Assembly: GCA_036630325.1 (NCBI GenBank)
Contig: CP142726.1
Span: forward strand, 744,001-808,000
Direction: 5' to 3'
From: Vairimorpha necatrix
Taxonomy: Eukaryota
DNA: 64,000 nucleotides
The translations under genes were made by a program, and so were the position numbers. The notes beneath the pieces were generated by a model. That model did no database searches. It was not told where the DNA came from and saw only the letters and a program-made list of their open reading frames with translations. This document shows, in pieces, positions 12,106 to 26,625 of the stretch (position 1 is the stretch's first letter; the number at the start of each line of letters is the position of its first letter).

Positions 12106-12461
12106 GGCATAAGATATCCGGAGTTAATACCATTATTTCAAAAGAATTCGTACATCCTATGGCTTTTTTAGTGATTTCATCCACTAGCCAGCATATTGCC
12201 TCATGTGGTCTTGGATAATTTTTGACCTACTATCAAGAGGCTCTAGACATACCATAAGGGTAAAATTTTTTTGAAAAAATCATCTAAAAAACAAATAAGT
12301 TTATAGCTCAAGAAATGTTAATTCGAATGAAATTTAAACAAATCTGTAAAATTTTGACTCCTGGGGATATAGTTCGTAAAAAAACATCTTCACACTTTAC
12401 GGTCTGTGACCGGATTCAGTAAGTAAAAAATAGCGAAAGTCTGGGCTCGGGCAGTTGCACC

Positions 12462-13102
12462 ATTCATTAGAACTTATGTGTATTTAGCTACAGGTGGATT
12501 AAAATCTAGTGTAGAAACGCACCTCAAGGCCGAAACAGTATCAACCTTGTCGCGACTTAATGATGCATAAAAGTATCTAATTGGTACGGCCTAGTTGGTG
12601 CCTATGGCTGGTGCACCTTAAAGCGGGATCCTAGAGCTAACTAAGAGACTGGATTAGTAGGGAATAAGAAGGTCTTGTGGACCCTATCCTACAGGATTCT
12701 GGATCATGGTGGCTAAAACTAGCGGGAGACTTGTGGTTAACGCAGCCCAATAAAAAATGTTGGTCTGGTGATGTGGCCGCGCAAGGAGCCGTGTGTGCGA
12801 TACAGATGATTTTAGGAACCTTTAAGTTAGTACTATGATGTCTATCCTCGGGTTATAGAAAACCATGCCCGTTAAGTATATTCGCCGTGAGGTCCCTCTG
12901 GGCGATTTGAGGTATAAATGAAAAGTGTTCTCCTGATGCCAAAGTCCAATGGATACATCGGAGCTTGCTGCGCCAACAAGTTGTATGAAAATAGTTTAAG
13001 TAAGTAAGAATCCCACAGTACCAGTTGGATATAGATCACTTCCAAATCCCTCAGGTCTCTATGTAGGGGTGCTCCCTACCTCTTACTTGCTTAAGAAAAA
13101 AA
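12462..13102 (+). mobile_element. SINE-like retroposon, 3' part of the split copy
   Basis: Resumes where 9726-9877 stops, is colinear with 10490-11131, and ends CCTCTTACTTGC plus poly(A) and TSD. Confidence 0.9.
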
Positions 13103-14565
13103 ATAACAATTTGTAGGAGAGAAGAATGCATAAAAATGATAAAAATCACTTAAAAAGGAGTATTATTAGCAGCATTATGTATAAAATTTATTTAATGGAT
13201 TATTTATTATAACTACATATAATTTCTAATTTATACTTAGCTCCCCCTCTCCAATAAAAATATTTGAATTGATATTTTTTTGCCTGTTTAAAAAGTTTAA
13301 ATCGTCCTGGAAGGAAAGTAGCAAACAAAAAATTACATGTTACAAAAGTTGTCTTATTAAAATCATATTTGATTATAATTTGTGCAAAAGATCATTTTAA
13401 ACTCTTTTTAATGAGCGGTGTTTTTATGTTTGTTTAATCGATGTCTAAATTTGTAAAAATTTTAAAAATGTTATTATTTTAATACTATAATCAATTTTTA
13501 AATCAGAAAAACATATTTTAAAGCAGTTTTTGTTGTTATTAACAGATTCTAGGTTTGGTTATTATTATTTTCTAATATTTAATATAGTTTATTTCTTTTT
13601 AGTATTTCATTGATTTTTAAAGTTTAACTATGTTGTAATATGTAATATTTATGCTCTTTTAGGCATTTTAAACATATTTGACATTAATATAAAGATACAC
13701 ATTTTTGTTTCTCCCAAAAGAAAAATATCGTATATTTATACATATGTAAATTTCAATAAAATATGCTCCATAACATAATTTTTTTTTACGTAGAGATTGA
13801 TCAAGATTTATCTTAATGGTACACCCCAATGTATAATAAAGATAAGCCTTGCACAAAAAAGTGAAAAATATTAAAAAAAGTGAAAAAATGTTTATTTTGG
13901 AGATTGAGCCATATTATTATAACTTTATTTTTTGCTTTTGACTTTCCATTTTTCGCTACAACTTTCAAAAAACAGGGCTAAAAATAAAAAATCCTAATTT
14001 TATACTAGTAAGAGGAGGAAATTAAAGCGGAGATTCAACTATCTTATTTAACAATTATAATTTAATTTATTATCGTAGCCGATAAGTTAAGCTTATGACG
14101 CAGTATAATTAAATTCCGAATCAATTTATAAATATTTAATTAATTTTCAACGAGGAAGCCGTTTAAAATTAGTAAAAAATTCTCTTACTGTGGTACCCTC
14201 TGGTGAGGGAGCCAAAACGAAAATATTGCCCCAACAGGGTGCGAATGTAAGTTTGTTTTTTTACTAATTTATTAATGTTTGGGATCATCTTTGTGGTTCC
14301 CATATTAGTTGTATTTTTATAGTGATAATTTCTGTTCCTGTCCATTATGTCGTCTCTTCTTTGAATATTTTTTATTTTTAAAAAATAATTTCTAGAAAAT
14401 TCATTTTTGTTAAATATTGAGATAAAATAAAAATAGAACAAATGTAAAAATTATGTGATAGGATACCACACTTACAAGGAATAAGAATTAGTTTTGTGAT
14501 TTGATCATTTATTAAAAAGAAATTAAAATTATTTGATTTTTTAAATAAAAAAATATTACCTCTAA

Positions 14566-15186
14566 ATGGTTTTAGTTAACTTATTTTTTATCTTCAATCT
14601 ACAAAAAATAACAGCTAGCGATAAAAACAATGCAGACATGCCAACAAAAGAAACAAATGAAAGAATAGGATCATATGGAGACATTGCCAATAAAAAGGTT
14701 TATATCTGGGTTGATCTTGACAGTAATCAGAAAGCATCTATATTTGCAGAGGCAATATTTAACAGTTTGGTAGCAAAAATGACATCTCCAATAGTGGTGC
14801 ATTATGAAAAGTCAAAGGGGTTTAAAGATAAATCGTATGAAATTTATAGGCAAGATATGGATTTGGGTCTATATAAAAAAATACTTAGTAAAGCTAGTTA
14901 TTCTAAAAATTTCAATGGAAAAGAAAAAGTAATTCACGATTTAGTGTTTTCTCTTGCAAATCATACATCGGAATTACAAAAAGACTTAATATCGTGGGTT
15001 CAAATTTGCAACGATCTTGATCTCGACGTGATAAAATTGTCTATAAGACAATATGCTGATATAAAGTTTACCGATAAAAATAATATATGTTTCGAGCAAG
15101 TTTTCAAACATAAAGACTTCGAACTGATTAATGCCAATATCAGAAAAATTTATGAATTAATAATATTAAATATAAGAAAATACTAG
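14566..15186 (+). CDS. Signal-peptide family protein (member 2)
   Basis: 206-aa ORF: MVLVNLFFIFNLQKITAS, YEIYRQDMDL.LY, GKEK..L..SLA, IKF....FEQVF. Confidence 0.85.
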   Translation: MVLVNLFFIFNLQKITASDKNNADMPTKETNERIGSYGDIANKKVYIWVDLDSNQKASIFAEAIFNSLVAKMTSPIVVHYEKSKGFKDKSYEIYRQDMDLGLYKKILSKASYSKNFNGKEKVIHDLVFSLANHTSELQKDLISWVQICNDLDLDVIKLSIRQYADIKFTDKNNICFEQVFKHKDFELINANIRKIYELIILNIRKY

Positions 15187-15999
15187 TTGAAAATCCAGTG
15201 TTAGCTACTTTTTTTTGCGATGTGGGTGGATTTGTTGAAGATTGTCCGATTCCTTTAGAAGAGGTCAGAATATAAATTTTATCTTTTTTTATTTTATACG
15301 ACTGAGTAATCGGATCTGCATATTTATTCATCAACCATATATAAACTATTTTTTATAATTATTATACAAGTATTTTAGTTTTAATTTTTTTGGACCGAAA
15401 ATGTCATTTTATGTTTTCTAGTAATGTAGCATAGAAATTATTAATTCTCGAATATAAAACAAAAATTTGAAGTCAAAATCTTGAGAAAAAATAACATATC
15501 GAGGGCATTGAATTATATTTATCACAAAGACATCTACTTAACGTATAAGTGATACTAAAACATAAAATTTTCTGGAATATAAAGGCAAAACAACTATAGA
15601 AGATCCAGTGAATAGGTTGGTTAAGGGTTTTATAGATTGTTGATTGGTTTTTTGGAAAAAGTGGGATCTTAAGAAACTCGAGGACAGTTAACACTAATGA
15701 TACTAACAAATTTGGATACCTAGTTTACTATAGCGGCATAATGATACGAAATTTACTTTTCATGTTGTTATTAATGAAAAATGGTTGTTGAAAATAAAAA
15801 CATAATGGAGATGTTATATGTTTTGAGATATAAAAAAAAGAATACTACAAATTTTTTCTCTAATAAAAAAATAATAAATCTGTTTTTATTTATAACATTT
15901 TTTACAAAGCGATATCGTCGCTAATTTCGCAATAATTTTTTTTTTACAATTAAATTAAATTTAATGTCTCGCTTTCTTTGCATTATCCTATTTTACGCC

Positions 16000-17600
16000 T
16001 CAATAATTTTTAGATCTTGTGTAAGTTTGTGTATTGATAGTTAATTCCTCATCTTTCTTACGATTGTTCACGATAACTCAAAAATCGCCGGCATATTCTT
16101 CTGCTAACTTATGTAAAAATCCTGCCTCGAACTTTTATTATTTTTATTGCTTGTACGTAATTTGGGCATATATACCAGCTATTTCAAGAATATTTAACCC
16201 CCTTAGTGCCATTTGCAAGACTTGGACTTTGAAGTAGATTCTCTCGGAATTATATCAACCATATATTCTCTAAATTTAGGTGTATTGTGATATGAAACAG
16301 TTTCTGGTAAATTTATATCGTTATACTATTGATACAAATTTTCGTATAGAATTAAGCGCAACTACCTTTTTTGGCTTACCTCTGTGCACTGTAAAAGTGC
16401 ACTTATCAACAGTAAAAATTCATGATGGAATCTTCCCATGTTATCTTCCATACGCTTTAAACTAATGTCAGCTTCTTGCTGTTTGTCGAAACATTTTTAT
16501 CTAGGTTAGTATTATATGCTAGAAGTTGTATAAAAGAAATTTGTTTGTGAAAAAAAACCTGCCTGATGTCGAAGTTTTCCGGAATCATCATATGGCTTGA
16601 TCAGCTTTAATACAACATATTCAGAGAGATGCACTAAAAAGGGTCTTTTATCTTTTTCTAGATATGTAAATGGACTCCAGATTTATTTGTTATATACATC
16701 CGAAACTAACCAATATTTGATTACAAATCTATCCATTTGTAAGATATGTATTTCGAAAATCTACATTGTCATCAGTCGGAAATATCCATTGTCTATAGTA
16801 AAATACCACCTGAATTCGTACTGTTTTAGATATTATAAACAAAAAAAATTCTAAATTTCAAAACTGTAACAAATCAACCTGCTTTCGGCCTTGTTGTTCT
16901 TGAATCTCTTTTCAATAGAAATAAATCAAAAATTTTCAGTGAAATTAATTACTTCTATAATTTTGAAAAAAATAATGCCCATGTGCTATTACACAAAAAA
17001 AAAGTCTTTAAGTAGAGGGTTCGCTTGCAACTCGTGCATCTTATATCTACGAGTTGCAAGCAAGAATTTACGTTTTAGACTCCAATCTAGCCTAGTATAC
17101 TGCTTGCTGTTTGAAGGATTATTTTCTTATGTGGCCGATAAACGGTAGTCTTTTGTAATTAAAATGCAGTAATAGCTCGACCTTTCATTATATGACGTCT
17201 AAATGTGCTGTTTAAACTACTTCCTAGTAAAAATGTTTGAAATGGCAACGTTTAAAGTGGAGCGCTGTTTGTATTTCTTCCAAACAGATCCATCACTTGC
17301 AGCATTTCGTTCATTGTTCTATGTTTCAATTTTTTCAAACTTGTAGTAATCTTCATGTTTTATCTATGGCCGCTATTTACAACATTTTCAGATCTAATTC
17401 AATATAAGTAGATTCGGACTCGTTTTCGTTTAATTTTGATATGTCACGAATAAAAAAATTCATCTTTACATATTTCTAAAAACTTTTCTTTGATATCATT
17501 TCTTTTCTGAACTTTATAAGGCCTTGTTTGTCTTGACATTTATAAGTAGATATTTGATTATCACAAAAAAATTCGTCAAAAATAATGCTTAAACGCAACA
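16000..17600 (-). mobile_element. Highly degenerate piggyBac-like transposase relic
   Basis: Minus-strand fragments IKYWLVSDV..PFTYLEKD, LSEYVVLKLIKPY..SG, TFTVHRGKPKKVVAL and KLPETVSYHNTPK..VD..KW occur in piggyBac motif order. Termini not found. Confidence 0.65.
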
Positions 17601-19924
17601 TTGTGTTATTTTCATAGCCATTCCATTATTTTAAGTTAAATACTTCAAATTACATCTTTATAATGCGATTGCTAATTGTGAATGCAATAAGGTGATTAAT
17701 ATGTATCGAAAAGCCAATAAATAAAAATTGCTCTTTGGGCTAAATGATCGGACGTGTAAAAAATGTTAATAATCAAAATAAACAGCAAAGGAGGGTCTAA
17801 AAATAGTATATGATCAGCCGAATGTACATGTCAAAAATTTTAAGTGATTTCGATGGGGGGAATAAAATAATAAAGAACGTGCATTGCCCATGAAAAGGTG
17901 CGAAAAGTCTTATTTGACTCATTTTGTATAGTTTTTTCTAACATCATGTATATATTTGCTTTATTAGTTTCTTTTATCATTTAAAAGTTCAATTTGTTCT
18001 ATTAGGTTTCAGAAAAAACTTTGTTTAAACATAATAAATGTTAAAAAACTTCAGAGAAGATTTAGAACTACATATACTGAGTTATATTCTAAAATTGTTT
18101 ATTCAGTACAGAAAATTTTTTATTAAAAAGTCGAATTAGCTGTTGAGATAATGTATGAAGGAAAAAAAAAATTTATAATAAATTTTGTGTTTAACAATTA
18201 CATTTTCTCTTTTGCATACTAAAACTGTTCAGTGATTTTTTTTTCCGTCTGCCCATCTTTTTATATTTCTTTAAGCAAATTATTTTAATGCCTCTATGGG
18301 GTCGTTTGCCCCTCTTCATCTATAAGTATTTCTAAAATCTCATCGAATAAATGAGCTGAAAATTATAACTAAAATAAAATTTGAAATAACAATCATATAG
18401 ACATTAATATTGTATTTTGTGGCCTATTCATTAAAAAAATTGAATAATATATCTATGAAAGATGGTAAAGCAACTATAAACTAATTTTTGCATGGGTCTG
18501 TGTTTTTTACATTCTCCGTTCATTTTGAAGAGTTTCTTTCGATTCATCGGGTTTAATATTAAAATCTATTGCAATGTTACAATCTCGATGATCTTCCACC
18601 GTCAGAATTTATGGTGACATTAAGATTTTTTGATTGAATGTAAGCTGCAATTCGCCTGCATCTTTTAGATAATTTTTACAACAATATGAAATCTTAGATC
18701 ATTATGTGTTTATAGTAATAAAAAAAGCCCCAATAGAATAATTTAAAAACAGTGATAATTTTGATTTACTTTTTTTTCTAATGTAAACTTGTTTAGTATC
18801 TTAGTCATTAAAATTATTTTCAACTTTTTATACAGCGATTGAAAATTTGATTTTATTACAAAGAGGCTTTTTTATTATATGATTGTAAAATTGAACATTA
18901 TATAATATAAAAATCAATATTGTGTATAATTTTGCATATACAATGAATAAAATAGTCCGCATATTTACAAAAACAAAAATCTTACAGGTAATAAATTTGA
19001 TCGCGTGGTTTTTAATATGATGACATCAATTCGATCAATTTTTATGTTCATAATTTATAAAATAATACAAAAAAAAAATCTAATTTGTGACATAATTAAA
19101 GTTCGAATAACATCATTGTATCTACATAAGGAACCAAATCATATTATATGTTACTAAAAAATTATTTTTTTATGATTGCAACATCAAAATAAAATTATAT
19201 ATTAGATGTAAAATTTTTATATATATATATATATATCAATCTTTTATATTATAAAAAAGTTCGCATTAGATTTCCGCCTTCTATTTCGTGTTTTGAAATC
19301 TCCAAACTATTAATTTTGCACTTTAATGTTATTATAGAATCAAATATAGATATAATGTAGCAATATGACTATGATGATTGTTATACTATATTTTAATGAA
19401 TATTTTTCATAATATTTTTGTAATACCCAGTCTTAATATATTTTAGAATTGTTTTATAAAGTTTATTGAATTCTTCTACGAAAAATTTACCAAGACATAT
19501 TACCATAAAAAATGAAACATACACGAATATAAATGTTGAAAATATAATTAAAAATACTTAAAAACAATTTCTTAACTCTATAATTGTTTTTTAAATCATT
19601 TACTATTTTAAGTAAATAAAAAGTATTTTTTGTTGTTTAAAATCATACAATCTCTTTTCGAATTTATTCTTCTAATAATGGAAATTATAAAAGATGAAGG
19701 AGGTGCATATATTTACACGATATATAAATATCGTTTTAAAGATGGATAAGCATACACTAGTTACAATATCTAACTAAAACAAAATCAATGGAGATATAGC
19801 ATGGAACAAAGTGTAATATTTGATTTTTTCATATATAAAACCGATGATATATTTATAGCAACAAAAATTATTTTTACTGTTTTTGTAATTCCTTTTTTTA
19901 TAAAAAAAATTAAGCTCCTTTAAT

Positions 19925-20622
19925 ATGTTTTTAGCTCTCATTATATTTATTTTAAAGATGCAAAAACTAACAGCTAGTAATGAAAACAATGCAGACATAT
20001 CAACAGTTGAAATAAATAAAGAATCCAAATTATGCGAGGAAATTGATTCAAAAAAGGAATTCAACATCTTTGATATTATAGTCGCCAAGATAAAACTATA
20101 CTTGCAAAGACAATATTTGATAGTTTGCTAGAACATATGAGGTTTCCTATGTTCAGTCAACGTAATTGGCCGGGTGTAAATTTTGGAATTTTTTATCAAA
20201 TTTCAAGAAGAGATATGGATTTTGATCTCTATTTCAAAATACTCAATAAAATGCCACATGAGGTTAGTTTCGTGAGAAAAAGAGGTTCAATATCTTATTT
20301 AATAAAATCTCTTGCTGATTTTACAAGAGGATTATATGAAGACTTATTGTCAAGATTTTATAATTGTGAAGAACTTAATCTTGAAGCGATTAAACTATCT
20401 TTAGTACAATATGCCAATATTAAATTTAACCATGTATATGAATACATTTTTGAGCAGGTATTCGATCATAAAAATCCTGAACTGATTAATCGTGAATTTA
20501 GAAAGATTTATAAAAAAAATAAGAGACTATGCAATGAGGTTCCAGGATTATTCGGTCGATCAATTATGAGGCGCAATTATTTCGAAAGATCTCATCTGAT
20601 TCAGAATTCTTCAAATCTTTAG
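19925..20622 (+). pseudogene. Signal-peptide family member 3, frameshifted near 20090
   Basis: N-terminal ORF MFLALIIFILKMQKLTAS. A second frame carries LAKTIFDSLLEHMRFPMFSQRNWP..YQISRRDMDFDLY..FEQVF. Confidence 0.8.
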
Positions 20623-20766
20623 AATAAAAAAGATATTATTTTTATTTACTTTTTTCTGCAGATGTGGCATTTATAAACTTTTTTATATTTATATACATCG
20701 TTTTTACAATTTTTACAGAGCTTTATTCAAAATTTCTGTGATTTTTGACAAAACATAACTTTCATG

Positions 20767-21200
20767 AGGCTTGTGGTGCAGTGGTATAATAATCAACGAA
20801 TGTAAGAAACGCACGAGTAAAATTTTATAATGTAAATCATCTTATTTAACAAGAGTACGGGAGCTATGATTACATTTTGCTACAAATTCTTATTGTAAAC
20901 ACCATAAGTAGTTACTGCATGTTTTAAATTCACTTAGTATTGAGAGACTCAACGCCGAAGAACTCTTTAGTATTGGCTTAGATTCTATGGCTCATTCAAT
21001 TTCAATCTAAGATTTTTATTACAAAATCGCATTTTAAAATCTTAATGAACAGTAAATAAATTTTTTTAGGCTCGCGTGTGACTTTTTAACAGCCCTTTTA
21101 TACTAACATTAAGTGTAAGACAACTACAATATTGCTACTAAATATTAAATTGCAAGGATCGGATTTTTTGGCATGCTACGATGATAGTGCAAAAACGTTA
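20767..21200 (+). mobile_element. Possible very divergent relative of the SINE-like family
   Basis: A-box-like TGGTGCAGTGG, then AGAAACGCAC, GAGAGACT and TACGATGAT in the same order as in 10343-11131; otherwise unalignable by eye. Confidence 0.35.
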
Positions 21201-23177
21201 AAATTTATTAAATTTCATTTCAGACGATATATTTTTAATTGAGTAATAAAAATAGAATGTCTGGAATAATAATTTATGCACATCTTTAACCTTTTAAAAG
21301 GATGCACATATGCATTTATTTCTTTGCTAAAACTTTCAGATCTATTTAATTATTATATTATTTTTAATAATTCTTTAATTTTAAAAAGATAAATTTAATA
21401 AGTTATTTTACAATTTTTAGAAACCATCAATACAAACATTAATGTTTTAGTTGATGAACAATAGCTCTCTCAATTTCAATACTGTAATATTATTTATGGT
21501 TTATGGCTTTATTTATACAATATGCTCTCCCTCTATAAACGCCTTTAAAACCAACTCCTTCCTAACTAGAGCATTTGCGGCTCTGGTCCTATCTTGTTGT
21601 CGAAATCTATCTGGTTGTCGACGCCTTGCATCAATTGTAAAAAAAATTAAAAATAAAATAAACAAAGACTGGTTGCATGTCAAAACAAAAAGTTTCTCGC
21701 CCATAAGTGTACTTTCTGTATTATTCATGTTCCGCTCATACGCGTCATTTCAGATAAACATTCTTATCTGGATAAACGTATTGATTTTAGTGTTTGAAAA
21801 AAATATGTTTTGAATTAAGGTAAGTTGATATTGGTTAATTATACGATTATCCCCTTTAAAAGTCTGTGTTTATCAAATACAAAGATACTAAGCTGTTTTT
21901 TTCATATTATTCGATATTTTCGAAAAAAATTTACTGACTCTTTTTACTATGTATTCCTGTATTGAGTGCCCTCGGATCGATTTATTGTCTGACATTATAT
22001 TTAATGCATAATAACAGTAAAAAAATCAAATTCTCGTGTAATCTTTTCAAAAATTTATTAATCATCTTATCATACTTGGTAACTAAATAATCTATATTTT
22101 TTTTATGTAATTTACAATAAAAACATTGTCCCTCTTAATCACAAAATAAATTAGTAGTCAGTAGAAAAAAAAATTAATTCGCCGATTACAGCCCATTTTT
22201 TTTGAACTGCCAAATTTTATTCTATTCTGTGGTAAAAATATGGCAGCTTTGCATTATAGTCTCTTTTATTATTGATAATATAAATATGGAAGTCTAAGTA
22301 TTAAACAAAAAAAAACAAATATTAGAAATTGTGGGCATTTTAAAAAAATATATTAATATTTCCTTTATAATAAATCGCAAAACATAACAACATATATCTT
22401 TCCTACAAAGAATCGTAAGTTTAGTACGTTTTTTGATATGTCAAAATATATATAATTATTAGGAATTTTTTTCCTATTCTTCAACAAAATTGCAAGAATT
22501 TATTATAGCATTGTAAAACATGCTTTGTTTTTTTATGATGTAAAAAAATCGTAGACTCACAAACAATATCTTAGAAACCATCTTTAAGCCGTCTATTGAT
22601 TTTCAACGTCCCCATTTTACATAATTTTAACATGTATATCGGAAAAAATATTGCCAGAATCTATATTCTTCCTTATAGTTCAATTAGTATGTAATGTTTA
22701 TTGTCCAAGCGGCTTTTAATATTGGTTTTAAAGATATAATTATAGCTTTAAAAATAGGTAATAACATAAGTACACAAGACCTAAAAAAAATATTTACAAA
22801 AACAAAAAGAATTAACATCATACATTGTCCTTTTATGCTTAATAAAGATTAAAAAAATGCGATAAAATACGTATTCTGTTATTTAAGTAATATTTCATAA
22901 AATTATAGTCTTAGCCAATATATTGCATCCCTTTGGCCATTTATATTGTATGCTAAATTTGTTTTTTTACTATTAATTTTATGTAAATTTTTTCGGTAAA
23001 GTCATACAAAATTTTTATTAACAAATTCTTGACATCTTTATTAAATGTTATATATTCTTATATTTTTGATCCCTAATTATGATAAATAAACACACTAAAT
23101 GTTTTCGTGGTTTGATCTTTCTTATTTATTAATTGAAATTGTTTTTTATTTTTCTTAAAAATCTATGCCCCCATAAA

Positions 23178-23758
23178 ATGGTTTGGTTTTCATATTATTT
23201 ATTTTTAATCTACAAAATATCATAGCTAGAATTGTTAACAAAACGAGCAAATTTATAAAAAAATTAAATCAAGAGGAGCTCACATACTATGATGATAGTA
23301 TAGAGGAATACGATCAAGATGGGCATTCAATTCAATTAAGAAAATCAAAAAAAATAGCAAAAGTAATATTTGATACTGTGGCAGAACAAATGACGTTTCC
23401 TATGAAAATGCAGAATAATTGGCCACAAGAAATAAACGGAGAGGAATATGAAATTTTAAAAAAAGATTTAAGTTTTGATTTATATTTTAAGGCTCTTACT
23501 GCATCGAGTGATAGAATAATATGTTCTGGTAAACAAGAAGCTTTAAGTCTTATGGTATATTCTCTAGCAATTCTAACAAAATGGTTACATATTGACTTGG
23601 AATTTTTGGCAGGAAGTATTGATTTTCTCGATTTTGAAAAGATTGAAATTGCTATTCGTATCTATACTTGTATAAAGATGTACGAAGGGAACACTTATGT
23701 ATTTGTGCAAATCTTTAAATACAATAATCACAAACCAATCATGTCATTATGCTATTAA
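23178..23758 (+). pseudogene. Signal-peptide family member 4, 1-nt frameshift just after the ATG
   Basis: CCCCCATAAAATG at 23168-23180 is out of frame by one missing T relative to the ORF containing FPMKMQNNWP..EEYEILKKDLSFDLY. Confidence 0.8.
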
Positions 23759-23969
23759 TATAGTTGTTAATGTAAATAACTTTATAATGTAGTGGTAAAA
23801 ACATCTAATCTATATATGGATACGGTGCCATATACAGATTAATCAATATTTGACAAGTCACTATTAAAGTGAAAGTTAAAAATCAAATGGAGTAAATTTT
23901 AGTGATTAAATGTGTATTAGTTTATGTATTTTTTATTTGCTACATTTTAAAATACTATTTTAATTGTTT

Positions 23970-24210
23970 TAAAGAGCTCCGATTAGAATCCAGAACGGAA
24001 GCATATTTTTAGACAAGAGTCCTTTTAATGACTTTAGAAAGCCTTACTATGTCAATTAGACATGGGCTTGATACTGAACAGAAAGGAGTATTCGAAGACC
24101 CACTATGTGGATTATAGGAGAAACTCCGGAACTGTCAAAAGAAATTGTGACTATAGCTTTTGAAAGTTATCAGTAATATATTTTATTATACCAAAAAAAT
24201 AATTTATAGT
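23970..24210 (+). mobile_element. 3' fragment of RLE non-LTR retrotransposon
   Basis: ELRLESRTEAY..TLESLTMSIRHGLDT matches the C-terminus of 11647-11976. Confidence 0.8.
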
Positions 24211-26625
24211 TGTTTTAAATTTCATGGGCGCACTTAACCTTTTAAGTTTTATCTTATTTAATTCATAAAATATACTAAGTTCCCTATAATTTTGTGTTCA
24301 GTATGATTTTCTAGCTTAGCCTCATTTGTAAATTTGTGTTTGAGATTATCTCTTTTGATTTTACATGCTCAAGCTCACTGGGAAATCTTGGGTATTCTGT
24401 GTTAAACTTTGGTTAATGTGAATTAATTTTCTAATGCGTAATAATAAAAAGATAAGCTTTCATCAAATATAAACAAAAAAAAATTTATATGCATTATAAC
24501 AAATTTATGATAGTTTAAAAAGCTGTTATGTAATAGATTAAAACATAAATTATATTTTCAGAAAAAAGCTCCTTTGTATGTTAACCTCTTCGTAGTCTAA
24601 GTTGATTTTCTATTGTGTAACTGATTAAAACTCAATACTACGATGTGCATCAACAAGTAAAAACCAATTTCTGCACAGAAATTATAATAAAGTTTAATGT
24701 CGACGTCAAATCGAATGAAAATCATTTATTTTTTTGATAGTAAATATAATGGTAAGAGAACAAAACTAAACTAGTATATAGTATATGAATATAAAAGATA
24801 GCATCATTTAAAGGCATACGCTCAATCATGACTTCATCTAATATTCTAACGATATGTAAAAATCCAAGACTTTAAGAATACAAAAATGCTAACATTGGAA
24901 AAATTATATCATTTTTGACAACGAAAGACTCCGTATTTATATCAAAGTTTTTGATTAATGCATCAATTGTAACTTCTATTTACTAATAGTCGAGGCATTA
25001 TTTTATTTTAGTAAATCAATAGACTATTTATATAATTGAAAAGCGCTATGTAAATTACATGATGATACTATATAATGTTGGGATTTATAAAAGAGAATTT
25101 ATGAAAATACAAAAATTTTGCAAAAAACTTACACACAACGAAAAAAGTCATCATGACGATACATTACGTGTAATAATTGATAGTTATGATAAATATAATT
25201 AGAATTACAACAAAAACATTAAATTACGATTTAATGCAAATAATTCAGCATAATATTTTTAACTTTATTGCTATTTTACGGAGAGATGATATCTTTATAT
25301 GTAATGTATGCTTTTTAAAAAAAAGTTAGAAGTAGTGTCGATCATTTAATCGATTCAGAATCGATGCTTGTAAGTTTTTTTCATCTAAAAATAAATTTTA
25401 TTATGAAAAAAAAATCAACATATGTAATACGGAGTCATTAACTTATAAACAAATACATTTGAGATAAATTCGATATTGTTTCCTTTTACCTTTCGTATTG
25501 CTATTATTAGAATCACAACAATGAAAATCCGTCATTTATACGCAACTATATTACTTTGATTGGTTTATTATGACAAATAACTTTAAATATTCAAAAACGA
25601 GATGCCATAATGACCGCATGATTATAAAAGTATTTCTACTTACAGCAACTGACACAATTTTTGCAAATTACATCTTTTTGTATGTTCGGGTCTTCATTAT
25701 TATATTTTTTATATTTTTTAAATATTGAAAAAAATTGTAACAAAAGTTAATTGCTTTATTTTTGTATAAAAAGTTATACAAAAGTAAAATTTCAACTTAT
25801 GAAATATTAATTGCAATTCTGTAATGCTATTTGTTCATTGTTTTTTTTATAAAAGCAAAAATTATTCATATTCTAAGCTGAAAATATAGATATAATTCTA
25901 AAATTTTTTTATTCTATGAATTTGTAATTATATTTATAAATGCAATAAAGCTTGATTGATTTAAATTCTCTATACATAAAAATATAGGTTCTAAAATGTG
26001 TTTTTATGTTTACATTGTTTTTTATTTTTATACAAAAATAACCTAGCATATTTATTGTATTCTTAAAACTTTTGGCGTTTTTTTAATGCGATGGAATAAG
26101 TTTTTTGTAAATTATAGAATAGGCGTTATAAGTAATTTAGATTAAAACAGTAATAAAAATAATAATATCATATGTTTGCTAGAAAAAACGACATTATTTA
26201 AAATACCTAACATTTACAAAAATTCTAACAATGAAAACCAAAAAATTAGATTGGAACATGAGTTTTGATTTATCAATTAGGGGGACAATTCGCAAAATAA
26301 AGAAACAATTCAGCATTTTTATATATACACTTGATAATAAATCCGAATATTGCCTAAGTATGATAAAAGTCTAAATTAAACTTAATCATGTAAGTTTAAA
26401 TGAAATACAAAAAATATCGATTACTTTTTACGAAAGGAAATATTCTGGAGAATGTGTTCTATCTAAGAAACTTTTTGTTAAGTGTTTATTACAAATCGTC
26501 AGATGCGGCAAAAAGTCGGTTAATTAAGGTTTAGCATACTCAAATATTTTTTGATTGTGTTGGCTGAATCCTTATCTAACTTTTATCTGCATTAAAGTTA
26601 CTAGCATTTACATAACAGATACTTC

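Larger units (their letters stand above)
9878..12461 (-). mobile_element. Degenerate Merlin (IS1595/ISXO2-like) DNA transposon carrying nested insertions
   Basis: 23-bp TIRs GGCGCAACGGCCTGAGCCCGGAC / GGTGCAACTGCCCGAGCCCAGAC (19/23) and imperfect 8-bp TSD ATTCAATG/ATTCATTA. Minus-strand relics: GGFEEVTQTNEKVIVKGK..TW (~11160-11270), ICITNRHKSY and TNSIEGVWSHL (~10110-10260). Confidence 0.8.

Noticed and set aside
14180-14252. HDV-like ribozyme suggested by GCGAATGTAAG pairing with CTTAC
   Set aside because: No P1, P3 or P1.1 pairing consistent with the fold.
24581-25441. MITE or piggyBac ends (TTAACCTCTTCGT; GACTCCGTATT inverted at ~25425)
   Set aside because: Inverted matches are short and no convincing TSD pair was found.
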